From positions 20,212,001 through 20,276,000 of the forward strand of contig OZ024748.1 in assembly GCA_964016885.1 (NCBI GenBank): a stretch of DNA of 64,000 nucleotides, read 5' to 3'. This stretch comes from Eledone cirrhosa (Eukaryota). The position numbers and the translations under genes were made by a program. This document shows, one piece after another, positions 53,419-64,000 of the stretch (the first letter of the stretch is position 1; the number at the start of each line of letters is the position of its first letter). The notes under the pieces were generated by a model, which was not told where the DNA came from, did not search any database, and was given only the letters and a program-made list of their open reading frames with translations.

Positions 53419-53757
53419 GAGGCACATGGCTTAGTGGTTAGAGCATTGGCCTTGCAATCGAAAGGTTGTGAATTCAATTCTCAGACCGGGTGATGTGTTG
53501 TTTCCTTGAGCAAGACACTTTATTTCACATTGCTCCAGTTTACTCAGCTGTAGAAATGAGATGATAGGGACTGGCGTCCATATCATTCCACTGCAAAGTG
53601 GTCGTGGAGGTGCCACGGCAAAAAAGCACCCAGCACTCACTGTAAATGAGGTTGGTTTTAGGAAGGGCATCCAGCTGTAGAAATCAAGCCAGAATCAGTT
53701 CCCGTCCCACCCTTGCAAGCAGGGAAAAGTGGACGTAAAATGAAATGAAATGAATGA
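53419..53757 (+). mobile_element. SINE, copy 2 of the 25126 family
   Basis: Near-identical over full length. Confidence 0.92.
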
Positions 53758-53975
53758 TACATCCAAAATTAAATGCAAATATATATATATAGTAATAAGA
53801 ATATTTATATTTATATATGTTTAATACCACTATAAATATGGAGAGTAGTACTAAGTACTGGCTGGTTACCAGTATGACAAAAGGCTCAATGCAAATTTTC
53901 AAGTGTTTTACAGAGCCGAGATACAGTTGTCAGCAAATAAATGTTCTAAACTAAAATTTGATCATTTTAACACTT

Positions 53976-54009
<34 letters not shown>

Positions 54010-54110
54010 CAAGAGATGTCAATATGAATGGACCTATTATTTTTTATCTAAAGACATTTTTTCCATTTCCATCTCGCCCGTCCCCTCAATCTATTTTATT
54101 TCTCATTCTT

Positions 54111-54146
54111 TCTTCTAATGAAGGACTAGCGTCCGAAACGTTAAGA
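54111..54146 (+). ncRNA. Minimal Penelope-type hammerhead with core mutation (probably inactive)
   Basis: TCTT-CTAATGA-A-GGAC-TAGC-GTCC-GAAA-CG-T-T-AAGA; ACGT palindromic stem III; G5 changed to A. Confidence 0.65.
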
Positions 54147-54318
54147 TCCTCTTCCTGCTATATCAACCATTAACCTAATATATACCTTCCATATACTGTA
54201 CCGATTGTGTTGTTATTTCTGTTTACCTTTTACATACCTATATATATAGATAGATATATATATAGAATAAGGAAATACAAAGTTTAGATGATAAAGTCCT
54301 TTATCAAAATATGTATCA

Positions 54319-54605
54319 CATCATCATCATCGTTTAACGTCCATCTACGCTAGCATGGGTTAGACGGTTTTGTTCCATTTGATGCAAGAGTGGTCAGGAG
54401 ACCATGTCTCGCTCGTACGGAAGTGTCTCTGGCAGGTTTTTTTACAGCTGGATGCCCTTCCTAACACCAACCACATATACAGTGTGGACTGGGAGCCTTT
54501 TTACCGTGTCTCCTATACGGCCACCTTACAGTGTGGACTGTTGAGTCATCGAGACAGTGGACGGAACGGGAAAAGGAGGATGGGGTAGGATGTGTGGGGT
54601 GGGGT
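54319..54605 (-). mobile_element. RTE-related 3' end with two module units
   Basis: (cat)n cgtttaacgtcc...gcatgggttagacgg...ggatgcccttcctaacaccaaccacatatacagtgtgg. Confidence 0.75.
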
Positions 54606-55294
54606 GTACATTGGGTTAAGAGTTGCCTAATAACTGTAGGTTTGTGTGTATATATATATATATATAGGAACAAGTAAGACCCCGACGGCTGAGCTCAAGC
54701 CGTTTTGACGGCTAATTCTGTACTGAATGAAAAATTAATTCTGGTATTTAAATAGCCGAACTTATCAAGGGGTAATTCCATATATGGTCAAAGAGATAAT
54801 CACCAGGATTGGTCACATCACAAGTTAGTAGTAAATCTGTGATGGCAAGTTGGTGAGGGAAGGGGTAGCTAAACCTGCCAGTAGGAGAAAAGGGGAGAGG
54901 GGGTGGAGTAGACCCATTCATGCGTTGGTAGTGCCAGCTACAGCTGGGTGTGAGGTCAAAGAGGATACTGGGGAGGGGGAGGAGGTCGAAATATATATAT
55001 ATATATAAGATATGTGATTATAGTGTAATACTTCACTATTTTCTTTGGTAGGATGAGAGAAGCTCAATGTACATTACAGTCCTCAGTTTCTCAGGAGTAC
55101 AAACTGGACGATTAAGTTATCAACAGTTAAACTATCCTGTTAAGAGCAGCGCAGGTAGCAGAGCATTTAAGATTCAAAATTATAAGAATGTCAAGGATAA
55201 GAAATTATTATTTATTCTTGTAAGGATAAATAATAATTTCTTGGCACTTTTAACTGACATGCATCGTAGTACTTCCAAATAACTGTTCCTACAT

Positions 55295-55500
55295 CTGGCA
55301 CAAGGTCAGCAATTTGAATGAAAGGGAAAAAATCAACCAAATCAACCCCAGTGTATTACTGGTACTTTATTTTATCGACCTCGTAAGGATGAAAAGCAAG
55401 GTTAACTTTGACGGAATTTGAACTCGGAACATAAAGGGTCATAACTAAATACTGCAAAGCATTTTGTCCAACGCTCTACCGATTCTGCCAATCTACCCTC
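55295..55500 (-). mobile_element. Nin-like SINE copy
   Basis: Reverse complement of 39809-39980 (ctggtactttattttatcgacc...aaggatgaaa). Confidence 0.75.
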
Positions 55501-55668
55501 CTTGAGCTTCCTAATAGCCAACCTTATTTCCTAGTTGTATTTGTCTCTCTCACACACATATATATATATATATATATGCAGAGGTTATATTTAATTTGTT
55601 GGGATTCAACAAGCTTAAAAATGTTTATAACTGATATAAAGCACTCAACAAGTTAGTGGAGTAAATAC

Positions 55669-55842
55669 ACAATATATTAATAAATGGAAACTATCTTTTT
55701 TTCCGGGTATGTCAATATTTATTTATAAAACAAATCTGTATTTTATCTGATGAAAGCGCACCATAATTTGCCTTGGTGGCCCTTGAAATATGTATAATAA
55801 AATAAATATGGTTTTATAAATATAGTTTCCATTTATTAATAT

Positions 55843-55847
<5 letters not shown>
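55669..55847 (+). mobile_element. Hammerhead-bearing cassette bounded by a 26-bp perfect inverted repeat
   Basis: acaatatattaataaatggaaactat (55669-55694) and its reverse complement (55822-55847); body homologous to 15225-15366 on the minus strand. Confidence 0.75.
55739..55804 (+). ncRNA. Type I hammerhead ribozyme
   Basis: Perfect 8-bp stem I TATTTTAT/ATAAAATA; CTGATGA; stem II AAG..CACCA/TGGTG..CTT; GAAA; stem III ATA-TG-TAT; AUA triplet. Confidence 0.78.
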
Positions 55848-55896
<49 letters not shown>

Positions 55897-56454
55897 CACA
55901 AAAAAGTGTGATAGAAGTGTAATAAATTAGTTAACAATACCTCTGTGTCTGTATGTGTGTATGATTGTATGTGTGTGTGTGTGTGCAGCGTGTGTGCTGT
56001 GTTGTGTGTGCGTATGATCATGTGTGCATGTGTTTGTGATACCAGTTTCCCTGTTAATTAATCTAAATGTTGGCACAGCAACTGTTAAAAATTGATAACA
56101 CAAATTTTCAGTTTTAGCACACACACATGCACATATACGCACACATATATACATACACATATACACACACACGTGCACAGCACAGGCACACATGCATACA
56201 CACCCATATACTTACATCCACAAACATATATGCACACACACACACACACACAGACATGCACACAAACATTCCTGCTGCATGCACACACACACATAATATA
56301 ATGTATACATGCATTAGAGGGTGTATATGCTTGCTGTATATATGTGTGTGTGTATATATATATATATACATTTTTACCAAAAGTATTTTTAACTACAAAT
56401 GTTAACTTTCAAAAATTACAAATACTGTAAAAAAATAATTTTTAAAAAATATTT

Positions 56455-57577
56455 TCATCATTATCATCATTGCCATGATGATGATGATGATGATCATCAT
56501 CATCATCATCGTTATCAACATAATCACTACCACTACCACCATCATCATCATTAACACCACCAACATCATCATCATGCTCATCATTACCACCACCACCATC
56601 ATCATCATCATCACTGTCATACTCACAATCATCATGACCACCACCACCACCGCCACCACCACCACCACCACCACCATCACCTTCATCATCACCACCACCA
56701 ACACCACCACCACCACCACCACCACCACAACTACAATCACCACCACCACCACAATCACCACAACCACCACTACCATCATCATTATCATCATCACCTTCAT
56801 CATCACCACCACCACCACCACAACAACCACCACCATCACCACCACAACTACAATCACCACCACCACCACAATCACCACAACCACCACCACCACCACCACC
56901 ATCATCATTATCATCATCACCTTCATCATCACCACCACCACCACCACAACAACAACAACAACCACCACCATCACCACAACTACAATCACCACCACCACCA
57001 CAACCACCACCATCACCACCACAACTACAATCACCACCACCACCACCACAACCACCACCACCACCACCACCACCACCACAACCACCACCATCACCACCAC
57101 AACTACAATCACCACCACCACCACAACCACCACCACCACATCCACCACCACCACCACCACAACCACCACCACCACCACCACCACCACCATCATCATTATC
57201 ATCATCACCTTCATCACCACCACCACCACCAGCACCACCACCACCACAACCACCACCACCACCACCACCACAACTACAATCACCACCACCACCACAATCA
57301 CCACAACCACCATCATTATCATCATCACCACCACCACCACCACCACCACCACAACAACAACCACCACCATCACCACCACAACTACAATCACCACCACCAC
57401 CACAACAATCACCACAACCACCACCACCACCATCATCATCTTCATCATCACCACCACCACAACAACAACAACAACAACCACCACCACCACCACAACTACA
57501 ATCACCACCACCACCACAATCACCACCACCACCACAATCACCACAACCACCATCATCACCAACAACACCATCATCAT
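56455..57577. repeat. (CAC/CAT/CAA)n compound trinucleotide repeat
   Basis: Direct inspection. Confidence 0.9.
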
Positions 57578-57914
57578 TCAGTTAATACAAAAATCAGTAG
57601 AGTAATTATTTTTCAATAACACTAATGAGGAACATGAGGATTGTGGTTAAAAGTCAAGAAAGGAATTTCCCCTTCAAGAGTTAATAATAATAATTAATAG
57701 CATTGGTTAATGAATGCTATTTAAGAAAGTCTGCTAGAGTCTGACAGTGCTAGCTTCTTTATAAAGACTCTATTCCTAGTTTTGCTCACTCCTATAAGAG
57801 TTCTTGTTTGGTTCTAGATTTTAATTATGTTAAGAAAAGTTAGAGAGAAAGATTTGAATAAATAAATTTAAAAAATCACACAGTTGTTAGTTACATAAGC
57901 TGCAGCATAGTAGT

Positions 57915-58095
57915 AAAGCTGTGTGGTTAAGGAATCCACTTCACAACCACATGGATTGTGGTTCGGTCACACTGTGTAATGTCTTGGACAAATGGCTTTT
58001 ACTATCATCTTAAGTTGATCAACACCTTGTGAGTGGAATTTGCTAGACAGAAACTGTGTGGAAGCCCAGAATATAGATGAATATGTGTATGTATG
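57915..58095 (+). mobile_element. Degenerate tRNA-derived SINE of another family (fragments also near 18290-18370 minus and 51195-51265)
   Basis: gctgtgtggttaag...caaccacatgg...ggttcggtcacactg...ccttgtgagtggaattt..agacagaaactg..gaagccc. Confidence 0.6.
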
Positions 58096-58289
58096 CATGT
58101 GTCTTTGACACAGTGGAACATTCCTCCCAACCCTTTGTTTTGCATGAGTATGTGTGTGTATGGTTCTGTAATTCCCGATAGAGTCGTAGGGCCACCATAT
58201 TGACATACGGTGTTTCTTGGGCATTTTCAGCTTGGTGGAGCCTATCCCTCTCCAAGCCTGAGTACAGCAGATTTCTTCCAGAGAGAGGA

Positions 58290-58435
58290 AGAATCGACCC
58301 CAGTACTCGACTGGTACTTGTTTTATATCGACCTTGAAAGGATGAAAGGCAAAGTTGATCTCAGCAGAATTTCAACTCAGAGAGCCGGAACAAATACCAT
58401 AAAGCATTCTATCTGATGTTCTATGACTCTGTCAA
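58290..58435 (-). mobile_element. Nin-like SINE fragment
   Basis: ctggtacttgttttatatcgaccttgaaaggatgaaaggcaaagttga. Confidence 0.65.
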
Positions 58436-58659
58436 TTGAGTGGTATACTTTCTACAATTGAGTACTCTTCCTATCACCAACCACTTTACAGAGTGCACTG
58501 AGTGCGTTTATCATGTAAATCCCTAACAAGAGAGAAGTTGTCATGTCTTTCACACAAATGATGAATCTCACCGACCCCTTTATTTGACAAGTTTTCTATG
58601 GTTAGTGGTTGTGGTGTGATTTTAGCTATATAGCAATCACTGCAGAAGCTTCCACATAG

Positions 58660-58952
58660 ACATGTGGTTAGAATGTCTTAGGAAAGAATCACTGGACAGA
58701 GTTTACAGGCAAAACCAACATGCAGGAGACCCAGGGGTAGACCCTGGGCAAGATTGTTGGATAGCATCCAAAAGCTTGGCTGTTCTAGCTTGGGATCGAG
58801 CCAGATCAGTTGGAGACGGTTGCTTCTGACAGGACCTGGAGGAAGGAGTGTTTGAGGACTCTTCCACCATGATCCTCTCAACAAGAAGAAGAAGAAGAAG
58901 AAAAAGAAAAAGAAAAAGAAAAGAAGAAGAAGAAGAAGAAGAAGAAGAAGAA
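58660..58952 (+). pseudogene. Old RTE 3' end (same group as 17845) with (AAG)n tail
   Basis: HVVRMS*ERITGQSLQAKPTCRRPRGRPWARLLDSIQKLG. Confidence 0.75.
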
Positions 58953-60349
58953 GCAGCAGCAGCAGCAGCAATCACTGTCTTGTTATTGTTGTTATTGTAA
59001 TAGTAGTTAGTAGGAGTAGTAGTGTATTTATTTGTTACTGTTGTTGTTGTTGTTCTGCTTTACCTTTTATATACAAAGCTACTTAACAGTTCTAATTAGC
59101 AGCGTAATTTAAACAAAGCACCTGTACAAACATAATGAGGAGACTTAACATGAAGTGAGAGAGAGAGCTATATTGTAGAGGAGAGAAGGTGATTGGGTAT
59201 TTACTAGCTGTTAGTAAATTAAGTACTGTACTTGAAGTCACAACTCAGCATAATATGAAGTTGTTGTTAACAAGAATTCTAACCAAGTCATGTCTTGTGC
59301 TAAGTAATGATCCAAGAATCAACTTAACTTGAAATGAGCTGTACTGCATGAAACCACATAAGCAAGATATTCTTGAAAAATACAAAACAGTGCAACGACT
59401 GTACACATTAATAATTAAAGTCACTACTATAATACTGTACATTTTTCACAATATATTACCAAACAGATGTAAATTCTTGATTTTTTTAAAAACATATTTT
59501 GAAAATCATAAAGTAACAAAGTGTTTTTTTTTTTTTTTTTTGATTTTTTAATGACTTTAAATATATCAGATTTTCATGACTAAAAGCATATTTTTGTTTA
59601 AGACCAAAATGTCACTCAATAATTCTACTATTACTTCTAACTAAACTATTTTATATACAAATATACAAATACCAAAATTGATGACATTCATTCTCTGCAT
59701 GAATCAAGTTCACAAGATAGGTTATCAGTAACTGTTGCTAGCAGCTCACTATTATAATTACCTGCCAAATAAACATCAATAGGTTTAAAGACTGCCTACC
59801 TTCAGAGTTTTACCATATATACAGTACCAATTGTAATGAATAAAGCTCCTCATTATATTTTTTTTTTTCCCTACCCCCAGAAATCTCTAGTCACCAACCA
59901 ACTTACCTTTATTCTTTGATCAGTTTTCTTACCTTAATCAAAAGTTTTCCAAAATATTTGAAAACAATTTTTAACCACCACCACACACACACACACATAT
60001 ATATCCGATCTGCCAACATTTTTGATCCAGCAGCCACTCCACATGCCACTCAGCGTCTCCAGGCTTGCATATTATGCTGGACCCGCTGATTCACGTTGGT
60101 GTAGAGAACAGCAACTTATTTTTCCCTTACAAACCTTTCTTCCCCCTCACCTTAATGCCCCATCCATCTTTCTTTTGTCTGTTCTGCCATATACTCTCTA
60201 AACATACTTCCTCTATCCTATGTCACAAACTCATTAATACATACACACTTATATACAAATCACAGTTAGATACTTTACATGTACACAATATAAATTTCAA
60301 CATACATGCACACAATATAATTTAATCATACACTCACATATACAAATCC

Positions 60350-60870
60350 ACACATCCCATGGACACAGTCTTCTCTCCTGCACATCATCTCAGCTCATCC
60401 AAGCTCTGCCTTTCTCTCACATTTACATATCACATCCAACAAAACATGGTTGCTTTATTTCTCTCCAGTCTATGCATATTCTCTGCAATCACAGCCCATG
60501 CTTCACTACCATGCAGCATTGCACACCACACACAGGTATCATACAGCCTTCTTTTTGTACATAAGGAGCATTGCCTTTCCTGGAGTAATCTGGGTCCTGT
60601 CTTCTCTCCCACTCACTAGCACTTTAGTTTTGGCTAAGTTTACTCTCAGACTTTTTGATTCCAAATTCAGTTTCCATAATCGGAATTTATTTTCTAGCTC
60701 TTTTATGGTTTCAGCTATAAGCACCAAATCATCTGCATAGAGAAGCTCCCATCGGCAGCTCATTTTAAAATCCTCTTTTATGGCCTGAAGAACTATGATG
60801 AACAGCAGTGGGCTAAGAACTGAACCTTGATGAACTCCTACCTGTACCTAGAATTCCTCGCTAAACTCAT
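60350..60870 (-). pseudogene. Decayed RTE RT fragment with internal deletion
   Basis: WELLYADDLVLIAE..KLNLESKSLRVNLAKTKVL joined to RLYDTCVWCAMLHGSEAW; homologous to the 48569 ORF. Confidence 0.85.
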
Positions 60871-60874
60871 TTCC

Positions 60875-60912
<38 letters not shown>

Positions 60913-60942
60913 GTATGTTTATATATATATATTCGTATGTGT

Positions 60943-61284
60943 ATCATCATCATCATCATCATTTTACGTCCACTTTTCCCTGCTTGCAAGGGTGGGACGG
61001 GAACTGATTCTGGCTTGATTTCTACAGCTGGATGCCCTTCCTAACACCAACCTCATTTACAGTGAGTGCTGGGTGCATTTTTGCCGTGGCACCTCCATGT
61101 CCACTTTGCAGTGGAATGATAGAGACCCCAGTCCCTATCATCTCATTTCTACAGCTGAGTAAACTGGAGCAATGTGAAATAAAGTGTCTTGCTCAAGGAA
61201 GCAACACATCATCTGGTCTGAGAATTGAACTCACAACCTTTCGATTGCAAGGCCAATGCTCTAACGACTAAGCCATGCGCCTTC
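60943..61284 (-). mobile_element. SINE, copy 3 of the 25126 family
   Basis: Full-length reverse-complement match. Confidence 0.92.
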
Positions 61285-61340
61285 GTATATATATATATAC
61301 ATATATATATATGTATGTGTATATATATACACACACACAA

Positions 61341-61375
<35 letters not shown>

Positions 61376-61612
61376 ATATATATATATATAGAGAGAGAGA
61401 TATAGATATATATATACATATATATTTACATATATATATATGTACGTATATAGATATAGGTGTATATATAATTAGCTATAGAGCCACAGCTGGCTAATTA
61501 TCTAACTAATTAGAAGGTTGACCTACTAATAAAAAATCATTAGTCAGAATTTTGTGTATTTTTTCACACAGTTTTGCTTCATTTCATCTTTGGCAATCAC
61601 ACACACATATAA

Positions 61613-61672
<60 letters not shown>

Positions 61673-61675
61673 TCA

Positions 61676-61736
<61 letters not shown>

Positions 61737-62341
61737 GGATATATATACACCCTTACTCGCATGGAAAGCAGACATTAAAATGATGATGATGATATACATA
61801 TATATTACATATGTGTATATAGTTTAGCCAGTACTTCCCCACAGAGCTTCTACCCTATGAGTACATGTGTTTTAGTCTAGGTAGTTAATAAGACCTCTCC
61901 ATGCCATGTGCATCTATGTATGTGTGTCTAATTATATGTGTATATGTATATTTGTGTAAAACAAGACAGAATAAAAGATACAACACTAATTTCTTCATAT
62001 TGAGTGCATTAATGATTTATTTAATCCTGAGATCAATGTAACTCAGTAACCTATGATATGTATCATCATCATCATCATTGTTATCTACTTCTTCATGCTT
62101 GCATGGGTTTGATAGATCTTTCCAAGCACTGCTTCACTCCACTTACTTCATTCCTTCACATCTTCTTTGTTAGGTTCTGCATTTTGAGATCAACTCTTAT
62201 CATTTCTGTCCAAGTCTTTCTTGGCCTTCCTCTGTTGGATCCTCCTTCCACTGGGAACTCCTGACACTTCTTTACCCAACAATCATTATCCATACACATC
62301 ACATGCCCATACCAGTGCAGTTTTCTCTCTTGCTATATACA

Positions 62342-62997
62342 CATCATCATCATCATCAACGTTTAACGTCCGTGTTCCACGCTTGCATGGGTTTGGATGG
62401 GGGTAGTCCCACTTGAGGCAAGAGTGATTGTCTTGCTCGCATAGGACTGTCTGGCAGGTTTTCTACAGTTGGATGCCCTTCCTAACACCAACCACATTTA
62501 CAGTGTGGGTCTGGGAGGTTTTTACCGTGTTGCCTACACGGCCACATTACAGCGTGGACTGTGTGTTTTTTTGTCGTGACACCTACGCGATCTCATTTGT
62601 TTCGGCCTGGATGGTGTGGAACCAACATAACTTTACATAGAACGGGGTGGTGTGGATGGGGTGGGACGGGGTGGGCCGGGGGGGGGGGGGGGGGGGGGTT
62701 GGTTAGAGGTGCCTACTGGCTGTAGTAGGTTTTACTATGTATTTAGGTAAGGCGGGTCTTCTCTGTTACTGAGTACCGCCAAAGGTCTCGGTCCAGTGAC
62801 ATTGTCTTGGAGAGGTGTAAGTGTGTGAGGTCGGAGTTTATCAGCTCGTCCCAGGTTTTTCTAGGTCTGCCTATTCCGTGGCTACCGTCTATCTTTATTG
62901 CCCTGCACTTTGTTATACAGCTATCGACTTTCATGCGCATCACGTGTCCATACCAACGTAGCCTTCTCTCGAGTAAACAACATCTGATCCCTCTTAT
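62342..62997 (-). mobile_element. 5'-truncated RTE family B copy
   Basis: Near-identical to 49679-50325 (IRGIRCCLLERRLRWYGHV...EKTRLT* plus UTR). Confidence 0.95.
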
Positions 62998-63076
62998 ATA
63001 TATATAATATATAATATCTATGTATATCATCACCATTTTAATGTCCATTTCCCTGTTAGTAAGGGTGTATATAGAT

Positions 63077-63415
63077 ATAATAAATAAGAGAGATGGTTTT
63101 ATCCGTACATCTTCATTTTATTACATAATTCTATTATACGTATTTCAAAGATGTCAGACTGGTTATATAATAACCCCTTCATATGTTTTCATTAGATAGT
63201 GTAAAATGTATTTTCCTATCTATTGATATATTACTGGTTTCTTGTGGTGTTCACATCGATGACCAGTACCCATATGAACAGTATTGGTATTGAAACTCCG
63301 ATTGATACCTTACCAAGAAAATCCTAAGGAATACAAATCGTTGAGTGATTTATGTCTGTTTACGAAAAAGTCGGCAGATTATATGATCAACCGACTTTCA
63401 TCAACTGAATAATAT
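63077..63415 (+). mobile_element. Unclassified ~340-bp interspersed repeat between (TA)n tracts
   Basis: Both ends recur at 53175-53408. Confidence 0.6.
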
Positions 63416-64000
63416 ATATATATTTCTTCAAGATTACATTTTAAACTTAGCTCCATTTAAATGATTATTTATCTGGTTAATTTCTACGGACTAAGATGAA
63501 AAATTAGGTAAGTTTTATCTGACTGTTCTTCAAATTTATAATTTTAATATATATATATATGGTTGCCAAGGATGAAATGAAGCAAAATTGTGCAAAAAAT
63601 ATTTGAATTTTTTTATACTTACTGTTTTCTCTCAGTTATCCATGCTTTGACATTCATGAATATTAACATCACACATCCAAAAGTTTTGATGGATTTACTA
63701 AAATTATTAGTTATGACATAATTAATAATTTTAGTAAGTCCTTCAAAATTCTTCATTAATTAATTGAAATAGCTTGTATTTCATTATATATACAATCATT
63801 AGATAGCTAAATTTAAAGTATTTACTTTAAAATAGACAGTATTGTACCTTGCAACCAAGAGCAGATTTAGGTGGGTTGATATCAAAAGAGTTAGCTATTT
63901 TCATATCGAACCCACTCCCAAAACTACTTCTGGTGTTCTTATCCCTACTCACTGGTTTTGGAGTGAAGTTGGTTGCCTGCAGGTGCAAGCGCTGCAGGCA

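Overview
AT-rich, microsatellite-saturated eukaryotic DNA. The repeat repertoire suggests a mollusc, probably an octopus or other coleoid cephalopod (inference, not a database match). I found no host protein-coding exon I can support, so the window looks intronic or intergenic, and almost all listed ORFs are simple-repeat artefacts. Real coding remnants are all retrotransposons: two young RTE LINE families, older RTE fragments, an L1/Tx1-clade LINE and a CR1-type 3' end. There are also several tRNA-derived SINE families, TTAA-flanked piggyBac-like MITEs, a non-autonomous Helitron and many mini/satellites. Main observations: (1) at least five type-I hammerhead ribozyme folds with intact cores plus decayed ones, mostly in short non-coding cassettes between (TA)n tracts, resembling Penelope-like element ends; (2) a 63 x 61-bp satellite born inside a CR1 ORF2 C-terminus, with higher-order repeats; (3) a 48-bp double-hairpin module shared by an RTE 3' UTR, a SINE body and five separate minisatellite arrays.
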